Shown in pieces: positions 1 to 10,437 of a DNA stretch of 64,000 nt. Under the pieces are notes generated by a model. It did not search any database, was not told the origin of the DNA, and saw only the letters and a list, made by a program, of their open reading frames with translations. Both the position numbers and the translations under genes were made by a program. Numbering within the stretch: the first letter of the stretch is position 1; each line of letters begins with the position of its first letter. This stretch comes from an uncultured Chloroflexia bacterium (lineage in GTDB: Bacteria > Chloroflexota > Anaerolineae > Anaerolineales > UBA4823), in the NCBI GenBank assembly GCA_963829555.1, contig CAWHJB010000003.1, positions 53,957 through 117,956 on the forward strand. The letters run 5' to 3'.

Positions 1-1599
1 CACAGCGACCATCAGGGCCATGACCGCGATCGAGGTCCGGCTGAGTGAATTGATCACATCCCGCGGCGCCATTCGTCCCAATGGGCCCCAGATGCGTCCA
101 AGCGCCGGCGTGATCCTGCGCATTAGAAATCCAGTGGTGACCGGCACCAGCAAGGCAAACCCAACCACAATCGCAAATGTGCCCCCAAAACTGACCACTA
201 GAGAGCGGGTTGGTATCAAGAGGATCAGGCCTCCGCTGACCAGCAGGCTTATGCCCGCCACTGCAGCCAGGAAGATTGCCCGGCGGGCCTTGACCTCCAG
301 GCTCGAGCGTGACAGGGCCGCCCTGGGAGCCACGCTGGCAGCTTCCCAGGCCGGAGGTCCGGCGGTCAGCAAGGTGGCCACCACCCCCAGCAGGCTGCCC
401 TTGATCAGGCTGGCAGGCAATATCTGCACGCCCTGGACGCTGACAACAAAAAATAGATCGTTGATCGTCTGAGTCACCATCCGCACCGCCCCCTGGCCCA
501 GTAAGATCCCCAATCCGGAGCCAAGCAGGGCTCCCAGCAGACCGACCACCAGCGCCTCACTGGTGACCAGTCCAAAGATCTCGCGACGGGTAACACCCAG
601 GCAGCGCAAGGTCCCAAATAGCGGCCGTCGTTGTACGACGGAAAAAGTCATGGTGTTGTAGATCAGGAACATCCCAACCACCAGGGCCAGCATACTGAGA
701 GCCGTCAAATTGATGCGAAAGGCCGCTGTCATTTGCTCAACGGTACCGGTCCGAGCTTCGACCGGCTGCAAACGAGCCTCTTTGGGCAAGAGTTGCTGTA
801 TCTCCGCTGCCAGAGAACTGGAACTGCTCTCGCTTACCCCGCCTGGGCTGTTGGTCTCCGGCAGGATGAGATCGATGCGATCCAGCTTTCCAAGCTTGCC
901 GGTTAACTCCTGGGCTGTAGCGATATCGGCCAGCAGCACACTGTCCAGGCCGCGGCGATTAATCCGATCCGTATTCGGGTTGGCCTGCAGTAGGCCTGCC
1001 ACGAATACGGAGCGGAACTGCCCGCCAAAATCGAGCTCGAGATGGCATCCGGGTTCCGGCAAATCCGGCGCCAGTTGCTGCGCCGGACAGGGTTGGATTT
1101 GGTAGCGATCGGCGAGATCCGCCGACAGCAGGATCGCGCCGGGTTGGGTCAGAAAAGTGGTCAAATCGCCCACAGGCGTGGTTAGGCTCCCCGCAGGCGG
1201 GCGGTTGGTGTTCGTGCCTATTCCCCCACCGAGGTAATCTCGAAATGGACCTTCAGCAAATGGATCGATGCCAAGCAACTGGTATGGGCGATCTCCAAGC
1301 ATGGGCGACGAGACATATTGGCTGATTACCGGGGCTGCAATAACCTCCAGGCCCGAGCGGACCAACCGGGTGTAAACGGACTCGTCCAGGCCGAGGGGTT
1401 CGGCGGTAATCTGGTGAGTGGCTTTGCCGGCAATCGTGGCGGTGCTTAGGTCGAACGCCCGGCTGGCGCTGGCATTGGCCAGATCGATGGCTACGACAAC
1501 TGCCACTCCCAGAGTAATACCCAGTACCATAAGGATACTTTGCCAGGGATGATGGATTAAATAGCGCCAGCCGATTTTGAAAAGGGTCCTCTTTGCCAT
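1..1599 (-). CDS. FtsX-family ABC transporter permease (MacB-like), N-terminal 533 codons; the 3' end lies beyond the window
   Basis: Absent from the ORF track because there is no stop in the window. Hand translation from ATG 1599-1597 gives MAKRTLFKIGWRYLIHHPWQSILMVLGITLGVAVVVAIDLAN... and stays open to base 1 (...SRTSIAVMALMVAV). It shows an N-terminal TM helix, a long loop, then an FtsX-like TM block. Track ORF 1253-1696 is an out-of-frame shadow. Confidence 0.75.
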   Translation of the reverse strand, partial: MAKRTLFKIGWRYLIHHPWQSILMVLGITLGVAVVVAIDLANASASRAFDLSTATIAGKATHQITAEPLGLDESVYTRLVRSGLEVIAAPVISQYVSSPMLGDRPYQLLGIDPFAEGPFRDYLGGGIGTNTNRPPAGSLTTPVGDLTTFLTQPGAILLSADLADRYQIQPCPAQQLAPDLPEPGCHLELDFGGQFRSVFVAGLLQANPNTDRINRRGLDSVLLADIATAQELTGKLGKLDRIDLILPETNSPGGVSESSSSSLAAEIQQLLPKEARLQPVEARTGTVEQMTAAFRINLTALSMLALVVGMFLIYNTMTFSVVQRRPLFGTLRCLGVTRREIFGLVTSEALVVGLLGALLGSGLGILLGQGAVRMVTQTINDLFFVVSVQGVQILPASLIKGSLLGVVATLLTAGPPAWEAASVAPRAALSRSSLEVKARRAIFLAAVAGISLLVSGGLILLIPTRSLVVSFGGTFAIVVGFALLVPVTTGFLMRRITPALGRIWGPLGRMAPRDVINSLSRTSIAVMALMVAV

Positions 1600-1663
1600 G
1601 AAATTCGTTTTTATCCAATAAGGTAATCACGTCGGAGCATATGAATGTATTAGAAAGTGATGC

Positions 1664-1708
1664 GTGGTGTTCTGTTTGGGCGGCATTTTCCGTCAATCAG
1701 AACACCAC
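1664..1708. repeat. Degenerate, inverted copy of the GGTGTTCTGTTTGGGCGGC palindromic repeat family
   Basis: Outer arms gtggtgttctg / cagaacaccac are 11 bp; the inner part of one arm has decayed. Flank 1709-1737 is close to the reverse complement of the 5' flank of the copy at 45000. Confidence 0.6.
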
Positions 1709-1778
1709 ATCTACACATCTCGAACGTACCCAATCACGTTGATCGTGCCCCAGCGATTCAGGTGTGGCCGACTCAAGC

Positions 1779-2906
1779 TTAAAGTTCTTTGCGGAATACC
1801 CGGTGGTTTTTGTAGGCCACCCCGCCTAAATTGATCAAGTCGCTGCGCATATTGGTGGCCGTTTCAGCAACCTGGGTCAAGTCAGCGTCCCCAAAATTAT
1901 AGTCATGGATGGTGTTTTCCATTTCGGCATACAATAAGGCGTTCCCACCTCGGCCTTGAAATTCGGGCAAGATGCCGGCCCCATTCAGTGCGATCCATTT
2001 CGTGCGTCGCAGTTCGAGCATCAGATCGAAGATCCCAAACGGCAGCAGGCGGCCCTTATTGCGCTGGATCGCCGCTGAGACGTCCGGAAAACCGAATAAA
2101 AATCCGACCGCTTCATCTTCATGGGCAATCACTTTGATCAGTCGCGGGTCCGCTATGGTGAGAATATTGTCGACGACGAAATCGATCTCTCGCTCCGTCA
2201 AGGGGTAATACTCCCAGTTATTGACAAAGGCTTTGTTATAGGCCTCGCCAATCCGTTTTGCCCAGGTTAATAACTCCCGCTTGGTCTTGAATTTTAAGAC
2301 CCGCAAGGTGCCGCGTTCCTGAACCCGCCGGGAGATACTATGAATACGTTCCGGCAATTTGAATTTTTCTGCGTTTAAATGGCAGGAAACGAAATCGACT
2401 TCTTTCTCAAAGCCGATGTTTTCCAATAGTTTTGGATAGTACGGGTAGTTATAGTTCATCATGGTCATCATCTGGCGGTGCTCAAACCCTTCCACCAGCA
2501 GACCATAGCCATCCAACGGCCCAAAACCTTTTGGGCCAACGATCGTATCCAGACCACGCTCCCGCGTCCATTCGAATGCCCGTTCAAATAAGGCGTTGGC
2601 CACTTCCTGGTCGTCTTCGCATTCAAAAAAATAAAATTGAGCCTGTTTCGTTTGGTGGTATTCATTGAAGTGCCGGTTTTCGAGGGCGGCAATCCGGCCA
2701 ACATCACGGCCGTCTCGATGTGCGATGAAAAAATCTGCCTCGGAATGGTCATAAAAAGGATGTTTGTTCGGATTCATCTGGGCTTTAATGTCGACCAGGA
2801 TGGGTGGCACCCATTGGGGATGGCCCCGGTATAGACGGAATGGGATCTCGATGAAGCGTTTTACCTGGCTCTTTGCCCCGGTGTCAATTTTTGTTACTGT
2901 TAGCAT
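1779..2906 (-). CDS. GNAT-like N-acyltransferase family protein
   Basis: Track ORF 1779-3014. Likely start is ATG 2906 (MLTVTKIDTG) preceded by GGGAGG. Acetyl-CoA type motif QGRGGNALLY near the C-terminus. Paralogous by eye to 24650-25850. Confidence 0.6.
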   Translation of the reverse strand: MLTVTKIDTGAKSQVKRFIEIPFRLYRGHPQWVPPILVDIKAQMNPNKHPFYDHSEADFFIAHRDGRDVGRIAALENRHFNEYHQTKQAQFYFFECEDDQEVANALFERAFEWTRERGLDTIVGPKGFGPLDGYGLLVEGFEHRQMMTMMNYNYPYYPKLLENIGFEKEVDFVSCHLNAEKFKLPERIHSISRRVQERGTLRVLKFKTKRELLTWAKRIGEAYNKAFVNNWEYYPLTEREIDFVVDNILTIADPRLIKVIAHEDEAVGFLFGFPDVSAAIQRNKGRLLPFGIFDLMLELRRTKWIALNGAGILPEFQGRGGNALLYAEMENTIHDYNFGDADLTQVAETATNMRSDLINLGGVAYKNHRVFRKEL

Positions 2907-2973
2907 GGGTACCTCCCGGCCGAAACGTTGAATTATTGTATTTACCTTGCTAATGTCACAATCGAAGAAATCC

Positions 2974-3029
2974 CCAAAATTTCGATGGGTGTGGCGGGCA
3001 GCTGCCCGCCACACCCATCGAAATTTTGG
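2974..3029. repeat. Perfect 56-nt palindrome (28+28, centre CAGCTG)
   Basis: ccaaaatttcgatgggtgtggcgggcag|ctgcccgccacacccatcgaaattttgg. Flanked by the outer inverted pair aatgtcaca (2952-2960) / tgtgacatt (3041-3049). Lies in the leader of the GNAT-like gene. Confidence 0.85.
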
Positions 3030-3031
3030 TA

Positions 3032-3147
3032 TCCTTTTAATGTGACATTGGCAAACTACTCAGGCATAAGTAGTTATAGGTGTGCATGGGATACGCCCCC
3101 ACGCACACCTATTTCGCCATAGAATTCAGGCGTTGGCTGAGTAGTTA
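3032..3147 (-). repeat. Composite nested-inverted-repeat element, copy A (partner at 11715-11846)
   Basis: Terminal inverted arms aactactcag / ctgagtagtt enclose hairpin 3076-3112 (ataggtgtgc.tggg...ccca.gcacacctat). Hand alignment to copy B gives about 26/33 identities in the 5' block and about 26/29 in the 3' block. Confidence 0.7.
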
Positions 3148-3294
3148 TGAATATTTATTCATTCTTGAAACCCCATAAGCGGTCTGGGGTTTCGTTTCGA
3201 TCGTCTGCCTGATTTCGCAAATGTCCCGCCATGCGGAGGGACGCCTGGATGTCGTTCGGCATCAGACAGGCGCTTCATCTTGCAAAATCAGCCC

Positions 3295-3993
3295 TTACAG
3301 ATTCTGCCTGTTCGTCGGGTTGCCGGTAAGTTTTCCATCTCTCAAGTAAAGAATGCGATCGGCGTAATTCGCCGCTTCCTGGCTGTGGGTGACCAAAATC
3401 ATATTTTTGCCCGCCTGGCGGGTCAGCTTATCCAGCAGTGCCAGCACCTGTTTCCCAGTCTGTTCGTCCAGGTTGCCGGTGGGTTCATCAGCCAATACCA
3501 GTAAAGGATCATGCACCAGGGCGCGTGCGATGGACACCCGCTGTTGTTCGCCTCCGGACAAGCGGTCCGGAAAAGTGCCGGCCCGGTCCAATAAACCCAC
3601 CGCATCCAGCAGGGGCTCGGCCCGTTTTTGGGCCGCCTGGGGTGAGATGCCGCCCAGTTCCAGTGGTAAGGTTACATTTTCGATCACTGTCAGGGTGGCA
3701 ATCAGATTGAAAAACTGAAAGATAAACCCAATGTTGTGGCGACGAAAAAGGGTACGCTGGCGCTCGTCAAGGGCGGTTAAATTTTGACCATTCAGCCAGA
3801 TCTCACCGTGATCGACCCGATCGATTCCACTGATAATATTGAGGAGGGTGCTTTTCCCGCTTCCGCTCCTGCCGAGTATCGCCACAAACTCGCCGGGCTC
3901 GAAGTTCGCGCAGGCGTCCTGCAGGATTTCACGTTGGCGATCGCCTTCCTGGTAGCTTTTGGTGATATTTTCTAAACAGATAAATGGTTCCAT
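3295..3993 (-). CDS. ABC transporter ATP-binding protein (MacB/LolD type)
   Basis: Walker [10 protein letters not shown], signature LSGGEQQR, Walker [10 protein letters not shown]; 232 aa. Confidence 0.9.
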   Translation of the reverse strand: MEPFICLENITKSYQEGDRQREILQDACANFEPGEFVAILGRSGSGKSTLLNIISGIDRVDHGEIWLNGQNLTALDERQRTLFRRHNIGFIFQFFNLIATLTVIENVTLPLELGGISPQAAQKRAEPLLDAVGLLDRAGTFPDRLSGGEQQRVSIARALVHDPLLVLADEPTGNLDEQTGKQVLALLDKLTRQAGKNMILVTHSQEAANYADRILYLRDGKLTGNPTNRQNL

Positions 3994-4050
3994 TGCCTTT
4001 ATTTTCGTCCGCGGTAGCGATCATCTCGTTCCAACGAGAGTTTCCCGCCA

Positions 4051-5458
4051 TTACTGCCCTTGACGATATGTCTCCAGGGCCCGTTCTCTGGCTGCCTTGT
4101 GGTCGACGATCGGAGCGGGATAGTCCTTGCCAATCCGGCAACCGACCTGGCGCTGTACTTCTTCCGGCATTTTCCAGGGTTCGTGAATAAACTCCACCGG
4201 TACATCGGCAAGCGCTGGCAGCCAGCGTTTGACATAGATGCCTTCCGGATCATACTTTTGACCCTGGGAGGTGGGATTAAAGATCCTGAAATAGGGAGCA
4301 GCATCGGTGCCCGTGCCAGCTGTCCACTGCCAGCCGCCATTGTTTGAGGCCGGATCACCATCGATCAGATTCTGCATGAACCAACGCTCACCCCACCGCC
4401 AGTCGATTAATAAGTCTTTGGTTAAGAATGAGGCAGTGATCATCCTGGCCCGGTTGTGCATCCAGCCAGTGGAAACGAGTTGGCGCATGGCGGCATCCAC
4501 AACGGGATAACCGGTCTCGCTGTTTTTCCAGGCCGCAAACTGAGCGCGGTCATTTTGCCAGGGGATAGTCTGCAGACGAAAGTTTTGGGTCCGCACTTCG
4601 GGAAAGTGGTGCAGGATATGGATGTAAAAATCCCGCCAGATCAATTCATTCAGCCAGGATTTCAGCTGCTTTACGCTCCCTGGCGTTATCAGCGGCCTTG
4701 ACAACCTGGCGGGCAGCCGCAAAAACCCGCCGGGGTGAGATCATTCCGAAACGCAAGTAAGGAGAAAGGCGGGAAGTGCCGTCTTCTCCCAGCAGATTGC
4801 GCCCCGCTGCATAGTCAAAGATGGGCGCGCCGGAGCCACGAGTAAACTGGTCCAGACGTCGGCTTGCTTCTGTTTCCCCGGCCTGGAACGGGACCGATTC
4901 CAGAAGGGCTGGCTGTTCGGGTATCGATAAACTGGCCAGTTCTCCGGGCGTGTTGAGATCCAAAACCGGATCTGAACTCGGTGCAGTCGGGGTGGGCAAA
5001 GCTTTCCAGGCGCGGCTGAACGGCGTGAAAACGATATATGGTTCACTATTCGATTTCAGGACACTGCCCGGCGGGAGAATCGCCGGGCTGCCAACCCACT
5101 CAACCGGCAGTTCCGCCTCGACCAGGCGATCCCGCTGGCTGGCAAACGGTGAACAGTCGGGTTCAGCATAAATCCGGTCAGCACCGCTGGCCTGGAACAA
5201 ATCCGCCAGGATTGCCCTCGGTTCGCCTCTTCGCACGATCAGCCGTCCGCCGCGCTTTAACAAGGCGGTATGTAAAGACCGCAGGCCGTTAAATAGAAAA
5301 GCCACCCGTTGCTGGGCAACATATGAAGACTTAAGCAAGCGGTCGTCTAAAATGAATACCGGGATGATCGCCCGATGGGTTTCCAGGGCGGCGTTCAAAG
5401 CCTGGTTATCATGCAGGCGCAAATCGCGCCGGATCCACCAGATGGCTGTCTCAGGCAC
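4051..5458 (-). pseudogene. phr: Deoxyribodipyrimidine photolyase, reading frame broken by a 1-nt shift (or assembly indel)
   Basis: N-terminal ORF 4646-5458 (MPETAIWWIRRDLRLHDNQAL...) and C-terminal ORF 4051-4722 (...[11 protein letters not shown]...[12 protein letters not shown]...GWMHNRARM...NNGGWQW) overlap in frames offset by 1. The junction is at about 4670-4700. Confidence 0.85.
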
Positions 5459-5476
5459 AGGTAAAAGAGCTCACTT

Positions 5477-6454
5477 TCAAATTGATAAGGTTAAGCTGGC
5501 CTCGTCCAGAATGGCGACTTCGGCATCCGTTAAACGCCAGCCTGATGCCCCTGCATTTTCAAGCGCCTGGCGTTCATTTTTAGCTCCCGGAATGGGGATT
5601 GTTCCTTTGCATATTGCCCAGTTGAGGGCCACCTGGGCAGGCGATTTGCCGTCGTGATCATGCCCAATATCCCGCAGAACCCGGAGCAGTGGCTGGATTT
5701 TCGTCAGATAGCTACGATTGTAATGGCGACCGCGCACCCCGGGGGGAGTGTTTTCGGGAGTATATTTTCCTGTTAGCACGCCTTGCGCCAGAGGGCTATA
5801 AGCGATTAAAGTGATCCCCAGTTCACGGCAGGCCTCAAGCAGGCCATTCAGTTCAACTTTCCGGTTTAATAAGTGATATTCAACCTGATTCGAGGCCAGG
5901 TGGATGTCATGCTTCATTAAGGTCAGATGCGCCTGGCGCATCTGTTGTTCGTTATAGTTTGATACGCCTACCGCCTTTGTTAGACCCAATTCGACCGCTT
6001 CGGCTAAAGCTTCAGCCCAAATTTCTACCGGAATGGGCGGTGATGGAAAATGGATTTGATATAGATCAACGTAGGAGAGTTGCAACCGCTTGAGGCTGCC
6101 TTTTAAAGCGCGGATCAGGGTACCTTTCCAGAGTCTCCATGGAAGCGGCATAAATTTTGTGGCGATGGTAAAATCCTGGCGGGTTTTGGTTTGCTCTGGC
6201 GCTGATAATCTTTCCTGTATGAAGGCGCCTAATAATCTTTCCGAGCGGCCAATCCCATAAACTTCGGCCGTATCGAAGAAGTTTATCCCACTGGCCAGAC
6301 TGGCCTCAAACGCACCACGAACGTCTTCTTGATGGTAATCCCGGTCAAAGCCCCAGACCATACGATCTCCCCAGGCCCAGGCTCCGGTGCCCAAATCTGG
6401 GAGGATAAGATCTGTTTTCCCCAGCCGATTGGTATGCTCAGATGAGATTTGCAT
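5477..6454 (-). CDS. Aldo/keto reductase
   Basis: 325 aa. N-terminal GTGAWAWGD, DTAEVYG and C-terminal IPIPGAKN patterns typical of the AKR family. Confidence 0.85.
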   Translation of the reverse strand: MQISSEHTNRLGKTDLILPDLGTGAWAWGDRMVWGFDRDYHQEDVRGAFEASLASGINFFDTAEVYGIGRSERLLGAFIQERLSAPEQTKTRQDFTIATKFMPLPWRLWKGTLIRALKGSLKRLQLSYVDLYQIHFPSPPIPVEIWAEALAEAVELGLTKAVGVSNYNEQQMRQAHLTLMKHDIHLASNQVEYHLLNRKVELNGLLEACRELGITLIAYSPLAQGVLTGKYTPENTPPGVRGRHYNRSYLTKIQPLLRVLRDIGHDHDGKSPAQVALNWAICKGTIPIPGAKNERQALENAGASGWRLTDAEVAILDEASLTLSI

Positions 6455-6476
6455 GTTGTCTCCGTTGGCTCCGTAG

Positions 6477-7415
6477 TCAGGGAATGGAACTACACAGTGA
6501 GTCGATGAGTTCAGCGCTGGTCTTTAGCTGGCGCATTTCATCTTCGTTCAAAGGCGGTTCAAGTGTGCTGAGCGATCCTTGCCCGCCAATCAGGTGAGGC
6601 AGGGAAATGGTCACATCGCGAACCCCGGCAATTTCATCGGTTGGGGTGCAGATCGTCAGGATGGCGCGTTGGTCGCGTAAAATCACCTCGACCAGTTTGG
6701 CAATGGCGCTGCCTACGCCATAATATGTCGAACCTTTGCCTTCAATGATGTGATAAGCGGCTTTGCGAACCTGATTGTCGATCTCGTCCCGGTCCTCGCC
6801 GCAAACATCAACTTTTTGAATCCGGCAGAATTCTTCCAGTGGGATCCCGCCAATTGTGACCAGCGACCAGGTCAGCACTTCCGAGTCGCCGTGTTCGCCT
6901 AACACATATGCATGAACGTGTTGAGAGTCTACCCCGAGTTTACGGCCTAAAAGGGCCCGAAAACGAGCGCTGTCCAGCGTTGTGCCTGTCCCAATCACGC
7001 GCCCGGAGGGCACACCAAATTTTCGGGCATACCGGGCCGCCAGGTGGGTCATGATATCCACGGGATTGGTCGCAACCAGCAGTACAGAGTTGGGAGCATA
7101 GGTCAGGATGTTTGGAATGATCTGTTGGAACACTTTTGCGTTGCGTTCAAGCAGCTCGAGCCGAGATTCACCCGGCCTCTGGCTGACACCGGCAGTGATC
7201 ACAACCACTCGGGCGCCAGTCAAAGAAACATAATCCCCTGCATGAACGTGGATTGGATTGGCGAACGGAACCGCATGGGAGATGTCATCCGCTTCAGCCT
7301 GGGCACGAGCCTGGTTAAGATCAACCAGGATCACCTCTCGGCCGATACCGCGCAAGACCATAGCATAGGCGGCCGTTGACCCAACCAGTCCGCTGCCAAT
7401 GATGCCAATCTTCAT
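6477..7415 (-). CDS. ldh: L-lactate dehydrogenase
   Basis: Start moved to ATG 7415 ([14 protein letters not shown]), which forms an ATGA overlap with the upstream stop. Motifs: [10 protein letters not shown] (Gln of LDH specificity), ATNPVD, GEHGDS. Confidence 0.85.
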   Translation of the reverse strand: MKIGIIGSGLVGSTAAYAMVLRGIGREVILVDLNQARAQAEADDISHAVPFANPIHVHAGDYVSLTGARVVVITAGVSQRPGESRLELLERNAKVFQQIIPNILTYAPNSVLLVATNPVDIMTHLAARYARKFGVPSGRVIGTGTTLDSARFRALLGRKLGVDSQHVHAYVLGEHGDSEVLTWSLVTIGGIPLEEFCRIQKVDVCGEDRDEIDNQVRKAAYHIIEGKGSTYYGVGSAIAKLVEVILRDQRAILTICTPTDEIAGVRDVTISLPHLIGGQGSLSTLEPPLNEDEMRQLKTSAELIDSLCSSIP

Positions 7416-8932
7416 GGGATTTTCCCTTCTTTTAGAATGAGCTGGGCTACCCTCAGGCCGCCCAATGCAACTGCTGCTGTCGATTGTCCTGGAAAGATAC
7501 TGTCGCCAACCATCCACAGATCCTTTTCCAGGCGAGGGCCGCTGGTTGTAAATAAACTGGTTTGCGGAAAGCCACCGACCCAACCACGCGATCTGCGTGT
7601 AAAACGTTGGAAGGTCACCGGTGTCCCGGGCAAGATCAGGCTGGCCTTATGGCGCAAACCGGGTATGGCTACTTCTGCAGCAGCCAATACACGCTGAGTA
7701 TAACTCGCTTTTAGGTTTTCGTAAGCAGCCCGTTCCTTTTCGAACAGATTCCACCACTGCGAAAGATCTGTGTGCGTGCTGATCGTGAGCGCTCTCTGTC
7801 CCTGAGGCGCACGCTCGCGATCCCAAGCGGGGCTGAGCGACAGGAAAATGGAATTACCTTCGCCGAGGGGTTCTCTTACGATCACCTGGTGATGCAGGGG
7901 AAAATGATTTTCCAGATCGCTCCCGTCCAAACCTATGTAGAGTGTAAACGCTCCCCAACCCGTTGTAGGGGGCTTGCTGTGAGATTCTATCGTCTTTGGG
8001 ATATCACCTGCCAACAGGCTGGCGATATCCCAGGCCGGTAAATTCGCGATCACCAGATCCGCCGGATAATTGCCGCCTCGTTTTGTTCGCACATCAAAGG
8101 TATGACCGGTTTTCCGAACGATCCGAACTACTTCCTGCCGGTAATTCACTTTCCCGCCATGCTGTTGGACGGCTTCAGCCAGTTGTTTGCTGATTGTTCC
8201 AATCCCACCCTGCATATGGACCACGCCGCGGCGGGCTAAATCCAGGGCAGAGGCGGCATAGAGGGCATTCGCCTGGCGGCTGGTGGTCTGAGCGGAGATC
8301 AGGAGTTGACCGTCAATATATTGCCTCAAGGTCTCTGGCATATTGGTTAAGTGGTGGCCGGTTGATCGAACGGCGTCGGCAACCATCCCCGGATGGAGGC
8401 GTTGGCGGGGCGACTCCGCCAGCCAGGCCAGCCCTGTCCCGATTAACTGCCCCCATTGCGCCGGTGACTGAGGTGGCCACGGCGGCAGTTTCAGTGCCAA
8501 ATCCCATAATGCATCGGCCGTTCGTTCCTGCCAGTGAAAAAAAGGCTCGCTTGCTTGCCCAAAGGCGGCTCGTCTGGCTTGCCATCGGGATTGGTCGCCG
8601 CGCAGTTCGATTCTGGTCCCGTCTGGCAAGTGGACGATCATGACCTGCTGCTCGGCATGGGCCCGCCAGGCAGAGATCCCGACCGCGGCTGCCACCAGGT
8701 CCATTGGTCCGCCTGGGTAAAATCCCCCTGCCAGGGTGGCACCGGCATCGAAGCGATAACCCTGGTGATAGAAGGTCCCGGCGCAGCCCCCCGGATAAAT
8801 ATGAGCTTCCAGCACGGTTACATCGAATCCGGCTTTGGCCAGGCGAGCTGCAGCGGTTAAGCCGCCAACGCCCGCGCCAATGACGACGACTTTCTGGGCG
8901 GATTCACACCCCACCTTGGGCGTGTTATTCAT
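7412..8932 (-). CDS. Phytoene-desaturase-family FAD oxidoreductase (CrtI/CrtD-like)
   Basis: FAD fold [29 protein letters not shown]...YPGGCAG. Likely start ATG 8932 (MNNTPK) in an ATGA overlap with the upstream gene. Confidence 0.7.
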   Translation of the reverse strand: MNNTPKVGCESAQKVVVIGAGVGGLTAAARLAKAGFDVTVLEAHIYPGGCAGTFYHQGYRFDAGATLAGGFYPGGPMDLVAAAVGISAWRAHAEQQVMIVHLPDGTRIELRGDQSRWQARRAAFGQASEPFFHWQERTADALWDLALKLPPWPPQSPAQWGQLIGTGLAWLAESPRQRLHPGMVADAVRSTGHHLTNMPETLRQYIDGQLLISAQTTSRQANALYAASALDLARRGVVHMQGGIGTISKQLAEAVQQHGGKVNYRQEVVRIVRKTGHTFDVRTKRGGNYPADLVIANLPAWDIASLLAGDIPKTIESHSKPPTTGWGAFTLYIGLDGSDLENHFPLHHQVIVREPLGEGNSIFLSLSPAWDRERAPQGQRALTISTHTDLSQWWNLFEKERAAYENLKASYTQRVLAAAEVAIPGLRHKASLILPGTPVTFQRFTRRSRGWVGGFPQTSLFTTSGPRLEKDLWMVGDSIFPGQSTAAVALGGLRVAQLILKEGKIP

Positions 8933-9370
8933 GATTGTAACAATCGTTGGGTCTTCCAACCACGGAATGCAAACAGGATCGGCAAATTCCACCACATTAA
9001 TCGCCCGATCAATCCCCAGAACCAGTGGCGTTTGAGTGTGGCTGAAACCTGGTCAACAACCAGGGTCTCCTCTGCAGCCAGCGCTTGAAAACTGTGGCGA
9101 TGCTCCCAGTGGAGGAAAGGGCCTTCGATCTGCCGGTCTGTAAATCCAGTCTCCGAAACTGCCTCGATTTTGGCCAGCCAATTTACTGGAAAGGGCCCCA
9201 GCCACAAAGTGAAACGCATTTCGTCGTCTTCGGCCAGGATATCGGGCGTTTGGTGCAGGCGAACGATGATTGGAGGGGGAGTGATTGCAGCCATGCTGGA
9301 CGAGGGCGCGGTGAAATTCGACCACTTTTTCAAGCGGCGCTTTGACGCTAAAGCTGTGTCTATATCGCAT
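8929..9370 (-). pseudogene. SRPBCC-superfamily protein, frame broken near the N-terminus (or assembly indel)
   Basis: MRYRHSFSVKAPLEKVVEFH (frame of 9370) continues logically in the frame of ORF 8929-9333 (APSSSMAAITPPPIIVRL...GPFLHWEHRHSF). The junction is at about 9307-9313. Confidence 0.6.
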
Positions 9371-9380
9371 GGCGGGATAA

Positions 9381-10319
9381 TTACTGCGATCGGGGTTTCA
9401 GAACGGCTCGCAGGGATGAGACCGCATCCGGGTAATCGAAGGTAAAGCCCGCTTCTGTGAGACGGGTGGGCAACACTCGCTGCCCGTCGAGTAGTACAGT
9501 GGACATTTCACCGAATAAGAACTTCATCAGAAATGCAGGAACCGGGAACCAGGATGGACGGTTCATGACTTTGCCAATCGCTTTTTCGAATTCTTTATTG
9601 GTGACTGGATTCGGTGATGTAAGGTTATAAACGCCAACTGCAGCCTCATTTTCCAATAGAAAACGAATGCCTTTGACCACATCAAAAATATTGATGTAAG
9701 ATACCCACTGTTTTCCACTACCGATCGGACCACCCACAAAAAATTTGAACGGCAGGATCATTCGCGGTAAAGAGCCCTGTTGACCGTCCAGGATGACCCC
9801 TGTTCGGATCACAGCCCGCCTGACACCAAATTTTTCGACGGCTTCAGTCGAGGCTTCCCACTGAACGCAGACCTGGCTTAAGAAATCATCTTGATGGCCC
9901 GCTTCTTCCGTGATCACTTCGTCGCCGCGGGGTCCATAATAACCAACGGCAGAGCTTTGGATCAGAAGTTTTGGCTTTTTCTGGGCCTGCTGGACGGCTT
10001 CCACAATGGCATGCCCGGGTTGTAAGCGACTTTCAAGAATTGTTCGTTTTCGTTCCTTGGTCCAGCGGCTTGGAAATAAAGAATCGCCGGCAAGATTCTC
10101 GCCAGCCAGATTCACAATTGCGTCTGCTTCCTCGACCAAGGAGCCCCACCCGGCAGATGTATTACCATCCCAACCAACGACCCGGATCCCTTCACCAAAT
10201 CTGTCCCGATTTTTTTCGGGAGAACGGCTGAGGATGATGACTTCATGCCCTGATTTAGCCAGTTCGCGTGACAACAAGCTGCCCACCATTCCGCTTCCGC
10301 CTGAAATAATGATTCGCAT
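9381..10319 (-). CDS. TIGR01777-type SDR (epimerase family with DUF1731-like C-terminus)
   Basis: MRIIISGGSGMVGSLLSREL Rossmann motif; 312 aa; RBS AGGAGA upstream of ATG 10319. Confidence 0.8.
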   Translation of the reverse strand: MRIIISGGSGMVGSLLSRELAKSGHEVIILSRSPEKNRDRFGEGIRVVGWDGNTSAGWGSLVEEADAIVNLAGENLAGDSLFPSRWTKERKRTILESRLQPGHAIVEAVQQAQKKPKLLIQSSAVGYYGPRGDEVITEEAGHQDDFLSQVCVQWEASTEAVEKFGVRRAVIRTGVILDGQQGSLPRMILPFKFFVGGPIGSGKQWVSYINIFDVVKGIRFLLENEAAVGVYNLTSPNPVTNKEFEKAIGKVMNRPSWFPVPAFLMKFLFGEMSTVLLDGQRVLPTRLTEAGFTFDYPDAVSSLRAVLKPRSQ

Positions 10320-10388
10320 TTTATTCTCCTGTTTTGAACCACTAGCTTAGTGGTCTCCTCGCTAAGTTCTTTTGCTTTGAAAAGTGAT

Positions 10389-10437
10389 TGTAATGTTCAT
10401 TTTTGTGCGGCGAGGCCGCACAAAAATGAACATTACA
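10389..10437. repeat. 49-nt palindrome (23-bp perfect stem, 3-nt loop) in the operon leader; diverged member of the GGTGTTC...GGGCGGC family
   Basis: tgtaatgttcatttttgtgcggc gag gccgcacaaaaatgaacattaca. Nested inside the imperfect outer inverted repeat 10350-10365 / 10461-10476 (13 of 16 matches). Confidence 0.85.

Noticed and set aside
20-1105. Plus-strand track ORFs 20-472, 631-906 and 710-1105, and the many similar antisense ORFs inside long genes throughout the window.
   Set aside because: These are shadow ORFs opposite well-supported minus-strand genes. They have Arg/Pro/Ser-rich compositions and no motifs.
1253-1696. 147-aa minus-strand ORF from the track.
   Set aside because: Its sequence is low-complexity and out of frame with the FtsX-like permease, which starts at 1599 and reads cleanly to base 1.
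2950-3160. Integron attC-like interpretation of the nested inverted repeats (also 10350-10476 and 11715-11846).
   Set aside because: There is no integrase, no cassette ORFs lie between sites, and the ends do not fit RYYYAAC / GTTRRRY.
4646-4722. Programmed ribosomal frameshifting or recoding as the explanation for the split genes.
   Set aside because: About ten unrelated genes are affected, there is no shared slippery heptamer or downstream structure, and none of these families is known to use recoding. Indels (real or from assembly) are the simpler explanation.
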